Below are positions 35,801 to 47,100 of a DNA stretch of 64,000 nt, in pieces. The position numbers and the translations under genes were made by a program. The stretch spans positions 35,281,954-35,345,953 of the forward strand of contig CATNEN010000038.1 of NCBI GenBank assembly GCA_950097015.1, written 5' to 3'. The stretch's first letter is position 1, and each line of letters starts with the position of its first letter. The notes beneath the pieces were generated by a model that ran no database searches, was not told the DNA's origin, and saw only the letters and a program-made list of their open reading frames with translations. The stretch is from Macrostomum hystrix. Its lineage: Eukaryota > Animalia > Platyhelminthes.

Positions 35801-37646
35801 GCCAGAAACTCGAAAAAGGCGAGAGCTTCGTCCGGGTGGGCAGCCGTAGGGGCGAACGCGCAGAAAAGCCGGATGCAGCGAGCGCGCAGGCGCAGGTCAA
35901 CCCACAGCAGACGCGGGGAGAGTGGGGCGCAGTGCACGCTCTGCCGAAGACGCGGTCCGATCAGCACGCCGACGCCGCCACGCCCGCGGCCGTCTACCGA
36001 CGTGTACAAGAGGCTCCATCCGGCTCCAAGGTCCTCGTTTTGAAGGCCTGGCTCAGCCACGATAGAGACCTCCTGCAGCATTATGAGGTCCAGCTGTAGG
36101 TCGTGGGCCAGCTGGACGAGCAGAATGCGACGCCAGGGGGGCCTTCAGGGTCCGGCAGTTCAGCGTGCCGAGCCTCAGGCGACCACCTGGTACGGCTAGG
36201 GCCAGATGACGTTGGGACTCATGGGCCACGGCGCCACCCTGCGGATCCGATTCAGAAGCGGCAGAGACCCGGGACGACTGGCGTCTTGAAGCACCGCGAA
36301 GTCGCCCACGCCGGTTGCGCTGCGCTATTCCTCTGCTCGTCCCTGATGTGCCGATCTTGGCTGCCGCAGCCGAGGCGCGGCCGTCCGAGCCAACCGAGGT
36401 CATCTGCAGCCTGATGGGCTGACCACGATGCCAGGAGGTGTCGACACTTTTTGCACAGATGTGCAAATATAATGGCTCTGCAAATATAATAGCTCTGCAA
36501 ATATAATGGCTCCAATTATGGCTCCAATGGACGTCTTCCTGAAAAATCTCAATCCAGTAGCTTTGCAGTCCTGAAGAATCTCATTCCAGTAGCATTGCAG
36601 TCCTTAATCATCTTATTCCAGTAGCTTTGCAGTCCTGAAGAATCTCAGTGCCGTAGCTTTGAAGTCCTGAAGAATCTCAGTCCAGTAGATCCGCAGTCCT
36701 GAAGAATCTCAGTCCAGTAGCTTTGCAGTCCTGAAGAATCTCAGTCCAGTAGCTTTGCACTCCTGAAGAATCTCAGTCCAGTAAGTTTGCAGTCCTGAAG
36801 AATCTCAGTCCAGTAGCTTTGCAGTCCCGAAGAATCTCAGTGCCGTAGCTTTGCAGCCCTGAAGAATCTCAGTCCAGTAGATCCGCAGTCCTGAAGAATC
36901 TCAGTCCAGTAGCTTTGCAGTCCTGAAGAATCTCAGTCCAGTAGATCCGCAGTCCTGAAGAATCTCAGTCCAGTAGCTTTGCAGTCCTGAAGAATCTCAT
37001 TCCAGTAGCTTTGCAGTCCTGAAGAATCTCAGTCCAGTAGCTTTGCAGTCCTGAAGAATCTCAGTCCAGTAAGTTTGCAGTCCTGAAGAATCTCAGTCCA
37101 GTAGCTTTGCAGTCCCGAAGAATCTCAGTTAAGTAGCTTTGCAGTCCTGAAGAATCTCATTCCAGTAGCTTTGCAGTCCCGAAGAATCTCAGTTAAGTAG
37201 CTTTGCAGTCCTGTCATAAGGATTCAAAAAAATACAAAAATTTATTTTGCTCGTGGTTAAAATGTCAAACTAAACTTTCCATTATCTGGGGCTGAGGGAG
37301 AGATTTGTTCGCACGTTTGCCTCCCACACCAAGATCCCTGTGCTGGAATCTTTGGGAGGCCATGCACATAGACTTGAGTCTGCCACCAAATGAATATGAT
37401 TTCTAATCCTTTAATCATCACGATGTAACCTCTGAATAGAATCAACTTTTCAACAAACAGAAAGCGATTTTTAGAGAACGCGTCAGTCGAACCGCTGCTC
37501 ACGTTTGCAAGAAGGAAAAGAATTATTACTGCTGCCAAACTGACCTGTGCAACACCGGCCATCAAGTGTCTGGTGCTCTGTTCCTTCTGATAGCTTCGGT
37601 TGTCCTGAACATCCTGCAGCAGTTTGTCAGCAGCTGGAGCCTTTAA
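32834..37646 (+). CDS. Ly6/uPAR three-finger, probably GPI-anchored protein, copy D (111 aa, 3 exons)
   Basis: Exons 32834-32879, 32974-33077 and 37461-37646, total 336 nt. Protein: MLKPRSILWIGILSAICIAGTNA-IKCYSCQHCLREDIDRRTNTMEGLYCV-KAIFRERVSRTAAHVCKKEKNYYCCQTDLCN-TGHQVSGALFLLIASVVLNILQQFVSSWSL*. Confidence 0.9.
33130..33312. repeat. 32-bp satellite (inverted), about 6 units, left of the RTE
   Basis: aatctcagtccagtagctttgcagtcctgaag units. Confidence 0.95.
33317..36530 (-). mobile_element. RTE-clade non-LTR retrotransposon, frameshifted, antisense in intron 2 of Ly6 copy D
   Basis: Endonuclease LRLGTLNCRTL and LQEV. RT HRGISLMS, QNGFRSRRGT, FVDFRKAF, LRGDTLAPFLF, ADDLALL. C-terminal VETVLLYNAESWTL. 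(TTG)n 3' tail at about 33317-33330. Three 17-bp tgcaaatataatggctc repeats at the 5' junction. Confidence 0.92.
36537..37213. repeat. 32-bp satellite (inverted), about 21 units, right of the RTE
   Basis: Tandem units continuing the array that the RTE interrupts. Confidence 0.97.
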
Positions 37647-38034
37647 TGCAATTTCCCATGGATGATTTTCTAGTTTCCGGGCTTCGATTTATTAAACAAT
37701 TTATCCGCGTGTTCTGTGCAGCCTAAAAATAATGACTAAAACACCACAGTGCTTATGGAGTATAATCGAGAATAAGATTAAACTGTTAAAGAATAAAATG
37801 TTTGTTTTTGTAAGTCTAGCAAATTTAATCCCATTTTTTCTCTACAGCCCCGCAATCGAATATTTTTTGTATGCAACTAATTTTTTCCATTGTGTAAGTG
37901 TACCGGCAAATACAATTGAAATGGACAAATTTCACGAGTAAAGGATTAAAGCGTTGCTAAAGTTAAATACTGCTCATAATTATTTTCCTGGCGAATCCGA
38001 TAACTACGCTCGTAGTAGCGAACGCTATGAAGCA

Positions 38035-38095
38035 GGTGAGTGGTGGTAGAGCGTTTAAAGTGTTTGCCTCTCGCACGAAGGTCCCTGAGCTCCAA
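38035..38095 (+). mobile_element. SINE tRNA-head fragment downstream of Ly6 copy D
   Basis: ggtggtagagcgtttaaagtgtttgcctctcgcac, with the same flank as 28200-28260 (inverted). Confidence 0.7.
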
Positions 38096-38763
38096 GGCTA
38101 AATTATTTTTAGACGCAGCCGCAGACAAATAATCTGCGGCTGTCTTTGTCGTATAAGACAAAGGGCTTGGGCCCACTAGAAAAAATCCTAGGGGGCCGCT
38201 AGAGGATTCTTAGGGGATTGGGGGAATACTAGGGGAAGTAGAAAACTGCAGAATATATATTGTTTAGTATTATAATACAATAAATCAATGCTCTATGTTT
38301 GTTAGATGCGTCTTTTATAGTTAAGTCTTTGTGGGTTATTTGTCGGCGTTCAAGGGGCTGTACCCTTAGGGGTCGCCCGCTAAATACACCACAGTCGTCC
38401 GCTAAACAAGGAAAAAACGTGAATTGCATTTTAACAATACATATATATAAAATATTGGTGGCTTAAATACTAACCTAAAAAAACAAATTATTTGACTTTT
38501 GCCTACTACTTTTTAAAATTCAAGTTACTTCTCATGATTTTTTGTTTTACTTACACTACTTTTCCAACTGAACCCTGCGATTTATCGAACGTTTCAAGGC
38601 ACCCGCACATGGCAACAGGTTATTATGTAGCCCAGAAGTAGATATTCATCAGATAAAATAGAAATATTATAGCTATTCTAGCTCTCAACCAATATTATTT
38701 GAATAACAGTTGGTCTGTTAAACAGGCTCTGTTCTCTTTATTGTCATTATCATTCTAATATCA

Positions 38764-39176
38764 GGTACCTGGACACTTCGTCATCTTACAACTTCGTCAT
38801 CCAGATGACGATCTGTCCAATATCTCAGAGGGTGGATGACGAAGAGACTTAGACTTGTGGACACTTTGTCATCTATAAAACAAAAGTTTTCAAAGTTAGA
38901 ACAGAACCACCCCTCCCCACCTCCTCACATAGTGTTGGCACCTTTCTTTCAACTCTTATAATGAAATCAGTTTTGACACCTCTTTTTGGCCTTTTAAGAC
39001 GTGAAGTGTGTGACTCTGCCCCACCACCACCCTACCCTCACTTTATTGATGACGAGCTTAATTGCTTATTTGTTATTAGTAGATGACGAACTGACCAAAC
39101 TTTAAAGCATGCCAATTGGCTGGATGACGAATTTGTAAGATGACGAAGTTGTAAGATGACGAAGTGTCTAGGATCC
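38764..39176. mobile_element. Mutator-like MITE (413 bp) with a 9-bp target-site duplication
   Basis: About 38-bp TIRs: ggtacctggacacttcgtcatcttacaacttcgtcatc and gatgacgaagttgtaagatgacgaagtgtctaggatcc. Exact TSD ctaatatca at 38755-38763 and 39177-39185. Confidence 0.88.
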
Positions 39177-40380
39177 CTAATATCATGGCCTATGGGCCTT
39201 ATAATTTTTGCTATACCTAAGGCTAAGCCTAGGGCCTACTTATACAAAATGGTTACGCTTTGCTAGGCCTACTACTAGCCTACTGCATCAAGTAGCTGAA
39301 CTTATTGTTATTTAAATTATAACTTACTGAGCAGCTGAGCCTCAGAGCCTGGTTAGGTAGGCCTAGCCTAGCCTAATAAAAATAGACTAGCTAGATTGTT
39401 TGTTTGAAAAGTTTGCTAGTTAAGCTATCTATCTATGCCCTCAGTTGATATTTTGAAGCAACCAGTTTCATTGGCTATCATTCTTGATTTATTTTTCTAG
39501 GCTTTGAAGGTCAATCTGTGTGCTATTTTGTGCTATATGTGCATTGTCTGTGTCGTATATAATACTGTTTCTCAGTGTTTCTATGTGTTGCTTCTTAGAA
39601 AGGAGCCATGCCATGGTATACCCCTTGCTTTTGCACTGCATGTGCCAAGAACCATAGTATATGCCATGGTTTTGTATCACATGCACCAGGAACATTGTTA
39701 TATACAATGATTGTGCAAAGAATGTACCAGGGATCCTTCATGTGAAATGGAATTTTCTATCCTATTGCCATTGGCCTTCCTGACTATAGTCTATGCTAAA
39801 TTAGGCATACTTTTAAGAATACGCATTACATTACATGTAAACTATTTTGTACTACAAATTTAGACTTAAGTTTGCATGTTAAGCTACAAATCAAAGTAAA
39901 GGTAAATCTGAAAAGAATGATTTGTATTTGGCAAAGTCACTAAGTGCAAAATTCTTCAAAGGCAAGAGAGGCCTAAATTTGAAAAGTTTGAAAATTTGAA
40001 ATTTGAAAAAATGATCAAAATTTTAGCTATCCCTAGCTTCAAAATAGATTTTGTCAATAATCTATTGACAATAATCTAGCTATCCCTAGCTTCAAAATAG
40101 ATTTTGTCAATAAATGTTGTCATATTAAAATGAGCTTGTAGTTTTGCTTAAAATATATAAGCTCCCAAATTAGTATTATTCAAGATCCCAAATGATTAAG
40201 TTCAAACTATATTTTTTAGAAATTAAATGAATCTTATTTGTATATCTTTAGATTTCAAGTAAATATTACAGAGACTTCAGAGATTATAATATACAAAATT
40301 CATGCATACCTTATATATTGTAACAATCTTAACAAAATTATGCAAAACATGATAGTCTTCATTCTGTCAAACTGGCTTCA

Positions 40381-40597
40381 GTGCGATTTTAATCAAACTG
40401 ATACTGAGATCAAAAATATGTTTGCTGGGCCCTTGGAAGAATTAGTTCGAGATGCAACCCACAAGGTCCATCCTAACGCAGATGACAAAGCAGTGAGGAA
40501 GGCTGTTGCTGCAGCTTTGAAAAATTCTCGCTACAGACTTGGTGGGCACAACAAGAGACAAGTTCGCTCTTTGTCATACGGCGAATCTAATGGTTGA
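40381..40597 (+). pseudogene. Isolated coding fragment resembling the C-terminus of DUF4806/BEN-like transposon accessory proteins
   Basis: LEELVRDATHKVHPNADDKAVRKAVAAALKNSRYRLGG recalls that helical motif. It lies in an AT-rich 38.2-42.1 kb block that starts cccactagaaaaa. Recognition by eye only. Confidence 0.3.
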
Positions 40598-42293
40598 GAA
40601 TGAGGGAGAACATTCTCGCAGGACTCAGCAACGCTGCTCTTGAAAATTACTTCATCCAAGGATTGAAAGTGATTCTGATTGACCTGAGGACTTTATTTTT
40701 CATCATTTTTCTATAGCGTTGTATCACCCTGTTCCATTTTTGCAATTATTTTTTGTGGTTTTGTTGTGCACCGTTTTTTGAGTCTAGTTATTTATTAACA
40801 AATGAGACTTGAGTTTGACAGAAGACCTCTAGGACTAAAGCAAAGCGAGCAAAAGAAACAAGGCTCGAAATCTGAGTTAAAAACAAAAGTAGATTCTGTT
40901 CTATATGAGTATGATTTAAACAAACTGTCAGATCTGCTTGCAGTTATTGAATATTTCATGTTATAAGTGCGTAGAATTTTGTGTCTTGTGAACATGAAAT
41001 ATGTCAATTTTCAATCTATTTCTTATAATATTTTCATTTGTTACTTATGTTAAAGTGAATGCTAATTATATTAAATTAAGCTAGCATACATAGCATACAT
41101 TTTGTAAGAACAATTGGTAGCCATTTCAGCTTATTTCTTAAAGTGCATGGATGGATAAAATGTACATTAGGATAAAAAAAAGCTTGATACGTCTATTGTG
41201 TTTTTCCTGTTACTTTGGAAATATTACATGCAAGCATTTAAATATTCATTTTAAGCATACCAAATGTATTTTTCGATTTTGCTGCTGTAACATTTGACAA
41301 TTTTTTCTTGTATGCTCTGTTATTGTGTGCTAATTAGTTTGCACAAAATAATTCATGTGGGTAATTTTACTTCTCTGAAAATAAGTTTTAATCCCTAAAA
41401 GTTGCATTTCAAATGCTATATACTAAAACTGAACTCTTGTTTTCAAAATTGCACTTTTGAAAACATCTCCCTATTTATAATAACAATGGTTAAAGGCCAA
41501 GTTTAACCTTATCGATGCTATATGGTTCAACAAAGGTTTTTCATAACAAACTTAAATCTTAAATTCCTTTACTATACTGGACCAGTACTTAATAATTTAA
41601 ATATTAATTCGTTATTTTTATCCTGTTGTTGAAAATGTGAAAATTTAGTTTAATATATAGAACATGAGACAAGGTTACATTGGAATTGAAATCTGTACTA
41701 AATTGTTTTGCACGAGCAAAACTCTATCTACTTGTGATTTGTTTTCAAGTGGTTTGTTTATAATTTCTCATTTTGTGCACTGATGACATGCTGTGTGGCG
41801 TGGTTTATAAAAATATTCTGTCAGTGAAAGTATTGCTGTTGTGTGCATTAGGTACATGTATTCAATCAATTTTATATCCAGACACGACAAAAGGGGTGAA
41901 ACTGAAACTCATGCTAACATTACTCGGCGCCAATACAGTGAAAATCTATAGTGGTTCGCGAACGAGGGCCCCTGGGGGGGCCATCTAGGGGCTGCACCGC
42001 CGGCATGCTAGGGGCCCCATGGGGACTGTGAGGGGCAACCTTGGGTGGCACCGGGGTGGGATCTAGAAACGGCGCGAATCAAACTTGAACATTTCAGTTT
42101 TAGTATAGCGCAGCAGATTTATGTGGTAGCTAGTCGAAAGGGCTCCTTCTAAATTCATTATTTCTGTATGCGAAATCTTATCTCTAGAGTGCAGAATTTT
42201 AATTCAGTTGACTGTCATTCAAATTTTCGAAATCGTGGCATTTTAATTTTCAATTTAATACAGGCTTATTGTTTGAGTTTCAAAATTCTGATT

Positions 42294-43545
42294 TGTGACT
42301 TACTACTATGAGTAGGCTGTGTGAGTGGATTTCATGTTAGTGTCTTCGGGTTATGCGGTTACCGTAGGATGCCACGGGCTGTCTGATGGGTCTCTAGTAT
42401 GAACGCTGGCTATTGGTGTCGCGGGAGGCCTGCGTACCTGGGTCCGAAAGTGCCGCATAACTTTGACCAAGTCTGACTTAGGTGAGGACCTGTTAGGAAG
42501 CTGGGATCCGGAACCCAACCGCAACCCAGTTAGGCAGCCGCGAGTCTAACGACACGCGAATACAGCTGCGCCCCGAAGCTGTGCTTAGGCTTTTTTGGAC
42601 CCTAAGGACAGGCTAGAATCTAGTCGGCACGACTCTCTTAGTGTAAAGGGAGTCTTGGAGAGGCTAAACAGAGGACCGGGCATTGTCCCTACGGCCTCCT
42701 AACCGAGCGAGTTCCCAGGCTTATGGATCCTGGATTCCACGGTCTCGTAAATCGCGAGGGGAGCCCCTGGCAATGCAGCCGGGAAACGATGACTCCGCCG
42801 AGCGAGTCGGGGATTATCCCTTCCTTGTGTGCTCTATTGAGTCGTGTGCTTTCTGAGGTGGGGTGGGTAGGCCAAGGCCTAGGACAGAGCACTCCATAGT
42901 CTACAGAAGCAGGTGGCATGAGAGTGATGTGGTAAATCTGCCCTACGCAGTAAATCCGGCTAGTCCTAGATCCGCCGTTCACTCTGGGCAGGCTGTACCT
43001 ATAGTGTAACAGGTCGCTATAGGGTTGCAGAACGAGTGCTAAGTTAAAACCTAGACTTCTATGTCCCAAGCTTGAGTGCGCGCGAGCAGTTGTTGATGGC
43101 CAAGACTGGAAGCAAAGCTAGCCAGGTCCCCGGGCCCTATTTCTTTTCTTATTTATTTATTCTTTGTTACCCTTATCGACCACTGCATCGCAGTGTTGTT
43201 TATTGGGGCCTAGGAATTCTCCTTATCGTTCATTAACGTAGAGGTGACGCAAGGTCGTCAGGCTCTTTCCCTTTTCACGACCCCAAGTCGTGCTCTGAGC
43301 AGTGCTCAACCCCGCCTCCTTCTTTTCCCCATTGTCGCTGTTTAGCGTCACCCCCCTCTCTGACAAGCAAAATCCTCGTCCCTCTTTTGGTCGAAATGTC
43401 CGACCAGGAAAATGAGGTCTTCGAGACAATCGGCGCCCCGCGTCTAATTGGAGGTAGGGCTGTCTCCGCGGAGAGGAAGTCTTGCGTAAGATTTTTGATA
43501 AATGCAGCACTAGGGCTTGCACCTTCCTTGTGTAGAGGATGTGTA
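42294..43545 (-). mobile_element. Probable 3' LTR (about 1.06 kb) with PPT and a short internal stub
   Basis: On the minus strand a polypurine tract agagagggggg (43361-43351) is followed at once by TGAC (43350). A matching GTCA(CA) end lies at 42294-42299. The block is GC-richer than its flanks. No second LTR in the window. Confidence 0.45.
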
Positions 43546-43863
43546 GAAAATCTCACAGTACAGGATGTGTACTGTGAGATTTTAAACTTTTTTACTTAAA
43601 ACACTCGAGTAGTCTTAAATTTGACCAAGTAGCAGTCTTGCCCATAGAAATCTCTCAGTATTTCAGACGGCTCAAATGGACCGAACAAACGATTAAGAAA
43701 TATGTTCTCCAGTGTTAAACTTGCTGTCGTTTCTTGCCTTGAATTTGGCATCAAGACAAAGCAATATTTCATCAGTTCATCAGTCATTCCGGTACCGCTA
43801 AGTTTTGTAACGGCAACGCATATTTCGTCAACCATTCTTCAAGCCTTACTGGAAGCTAAAAAA

Positions 43864-44101
43864 ATGTTGAAACTTCGTTCAATACTGTGGATCGGAATAC
43901 TGTCTGCAAGTTAGTCGAGTCGATATCATTATTTTTTCCATTTTCAATTTTGAAATTAAGCTTTCATAAAAAAAGCTTGCTAGCACGAAATTCAACATTT
44001 TAGTTTGCATCGCTGAAACCAACGCCGTCAAGTGCTATTCCTGCTTTATTTGCGATAGTGTTGACAGTAAAACCGGCATACTGGAAGGAACTTACTGCGC
44101 T
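43864..44101 (+). CDS. Ly6/uPAR three-finger protein, copy E, exons 1-2 (exon 3 not in the window)
   Basis: Exons 43864-43909 and 44004-44101 encode MLKLRSILWIGILSAICIAETNA-VKCYSCFICDSVDSKTGILEGTYCA|gtgagt. Same intron-2 leader as copies B-D. Confidence 0.85.
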
Positions 44102-44153
44102 GTGAGTCATGTATCACAAGCCTAAAAACAAGAGCTGCAGTAGACAAAAGCGC

Positions 44154-47100
44154 AATCTCAGTCCAGTAGCTTTGCAGTCCTAAAGAATCTCAGTCCAGTA
44201 GCTTTGCAGTCCTGTAGAATCTCAGTCCAGTAGGTTTGCAGTCCTGAAGAATCCCAGTCCAGTAGCTTTGCAGTCCTGTAGAATCTCAGTCCAGTAGCTT
44301 TGCAGTCCTGAAGAATCTCAGTCCAGTAGCTTTGCAGTCCTGAAGAATCTCAGTCCAGTAGCTTTGCAGTCCTGAAGAATCTCAGTCCAGTAGCTTTGCA
44401 GTCCTGTAGAATCTCATTCCGGTAGCTTTGCAGTCCTGAAGAATGTCAGTCCATTAATTGGCTTTGCAGTCCTTAAGAATCTCAGTCCAGTAGCTTTGCA
44501 GTCCTGAAGAATCTCAGTCCAGTAGCTTTCCAGTCCTGAAGAATCTCAGTCCAGTAGCTTTGCAGTCCTGAAGAATCTCATTCCAGTAGCTTTGCAGTAC
44601 TTAAGAATCTCGGTCCAGTAACTTTGCAGTCCTGAAGAATCTCATTCCAGTAGCTTTGCAGTCCTGAAGAATCCCAGTCCAGTAGCTTTGCAGTCCTGTA
44701 GAATCTCAGTCCAGTAGCTTTGCAGTCCTGAAGAATCTCAGTCCAGTAGCTTTGCAGTCCTGAAGAATCTCAGTCCTGTAGCTTTGCAGTCCTGAAGAAT
44801 TTAGTCCAGTAGCTTTGCAGTTCTGAAGAATCTCAGTCCAGTAGCTTTGCAGTCCTGAAGAATCTCAGTCCAGTAGCTTTGCAGTCCTGAAGAATCTCAG
44901 TCCAGTAGCTTTGCAGTCCTGAAGAATCTCAGTCCTGTAGCTTTGCAGTCCTGAAGAATTTAGTCCAGTAGCTTTGCAGTTCTGAAGAATCTCAGTCCAG
45001 TAGCTTTGCAGTCCTGAAGAATCTCAGTCCAGTAGCTTTGCAGTCCTGAAGAATCTCAGTCCAGTAGCTTTGCAGTCCTAAAGAATCTCAGTCCAGTAGC
45101 TTTGCAGTCCTCAAGAATCTCAGTCCAGTAGCTTTGCAGTCCTGAAGAATCTCAGTCCAGTAGCTTTGCAGTCCTGAAGAATCTCAGTCCAGTAGCTTTG
45201 CAGTCCTGAAGAATCTCAGTCCAGTAGCTTTGCAGTCCTCAAGAATTTCAGTCCGGTAGCTTTGCAGTCCTGAAGAATCCCAGTCCAGTAGCTTTGCAGT
45301 CCTAAAGAATCTCAGTCCAGTAGCTTTGCAGTCCTCAAGAATCATAGTCCGGTAGCTTTGCAGTCCTGAAGAATCTCTGTCCAGTAGCTTTGCAGTCCTG
45401 TAGAATTTCAGTCCAGTAGGTTTGCAGTCCTGAAGAATCTCAGTCTAGTAGGTTTGCAGTCCTGAAGAATCTCAGTCCAGTAGGTTTGCAGCTTTAAAGA
45501 ATTTAAGTCCAGTAGCTTTGCAGTCCTGAAGAATCTCACTCCAGTGGCTTTGCAATCCCGAAGAATCTTAGTCCAGTAGCTTTGCAGTCTAGAAGAATCT
45601 CAGTCTAATAGCTTTGCAGTCCTGAAGAAACTCAGTCCAGTAGGTTTGCAGTCCTGAAGAATCTCAGTCCAGTAGGTTTGCAGCCTTAAAGAATTTAAGT
45701 CCAGTAGCTTTGCAGTCCTGAAGAATCTCACTCCAGTAGCTTTGCAATCCCGAAGAATCTCAGTCCAGTAGCTTTGCAGTTCTGAAGAATCTCAGTCCAG
45801 TAGCTTTGCAGTCTAGAAGAATCTCAGTCTAGTAGCTTTGCAGTCCTGAAGAAACTCAGTCCAGTAGCTTTGCAGTCCTGAAGAATCTCAGTCCAGTAGA
45901 TTTGCAGTCCTGAAGAATCTCAGTCCAGTAGCTTTGCAGTCCTCAAGAATTTCAGTCCGGTAGCTTTGCAGTCCTGAAGAATCTCTGTCCAGTAGCTTTG
46001 CAGTCCTGTAGAATTTCAGTCCAGTAGGTTTGCAGTCCTGAAGAATCTCAGTCCAGTAGGTTTGCAGTCCTGAAGAATCTCAGTCCAGTAGGTTTGCAGC
46101 TTTAAAGAATTTAAGTCCAGTAGCTTTGCAGTCCTGAAGAATCTCACTCCATTGGCTTTGCAATCCCGAAGAATCTCAGTCGAGTAGCTTTGCAGTTCTG
46201 AAGAATCTCAGTCCAGTAGCTTTGCAGTCTAGAAGAATCTCAGTCTAATAGCTTTGCAGTCCTGAAGAAACTCAGTCCAGTAGCTTTGCAGTCCTGAAGA
46301 ATCTCAGTCCAGTAGGTTTGCAGTCCTGAAGAATCTCACTCCAGTAGGTTTGCAGTCCTGAAGAATCCCAGTCCAGTAGGTTTGCAGCCTTAAAGAATTT
46401 AAGTCCAGTAGCTTTGCAGTCCTGAAGAATCTCACTCCAGTAGCTTTGCAATCCTGAAGAATCTCAGTCCAGTAGCTTTGCAGTTCTGAAGAATCTCAGT
46501 CCAGTAGCTTTGCAGTCTAGAAGAATCTCAGTCTAGTAGCTTTGCAGTCCTGAAGAAACTCAGTCCAGTAGCTTTGCAATCCCGAAGAATCTCATTCCAG
46601 TAGCTTTGCAGTCCTGAAGAATCTCAGTCCAGTAGCTTTGCAGTCCTGTAGAATCTCATTCCGGTAGCTTTGCAGTCCTGAAGAATCTCAGTCAGGTAGC
46701 TTTGCAGTCGTGAAGAATGTCAGTCCATTAATTGGCTTTGCAGTCCTTAAGAATCTCAGTCCAGTAGCTTTGCAGTCCTGAAGAATCTCAGTCCAGTAGC
46801 TTTCCAGTCCTGAAGAATCTCAGTCCAGTAGCTTTGCAGTCCTGAAGAATCTCAGTCCAGTAGCTTTCCAGTCCTGAAGAATCTCGATCCAGTAACTTTG
46901 CAGTCCTGAAGAATCTCATTCCAGTAGCTTTGCAGTCCTGAAGAATCCCAATCCAGTAGCTTTGCAGTCCTGTAGAATCTCAGTCCAGTAGCTTTGCAGT
47001 CCTGAAGAATCTCAGTCCAGTAGCTTTGCAGTCCTGAAGAATCTCAGTCCTGTAGCTTTGCAGTCCTGAAGAATTTAGTCCAGTAGCTTTGCAGTTCTGA

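Noticed and set aside
34606-36414. Long plus-strand ORFs
   Set aside because: Antisense shadows of the GC-rich RTE coding sequence.
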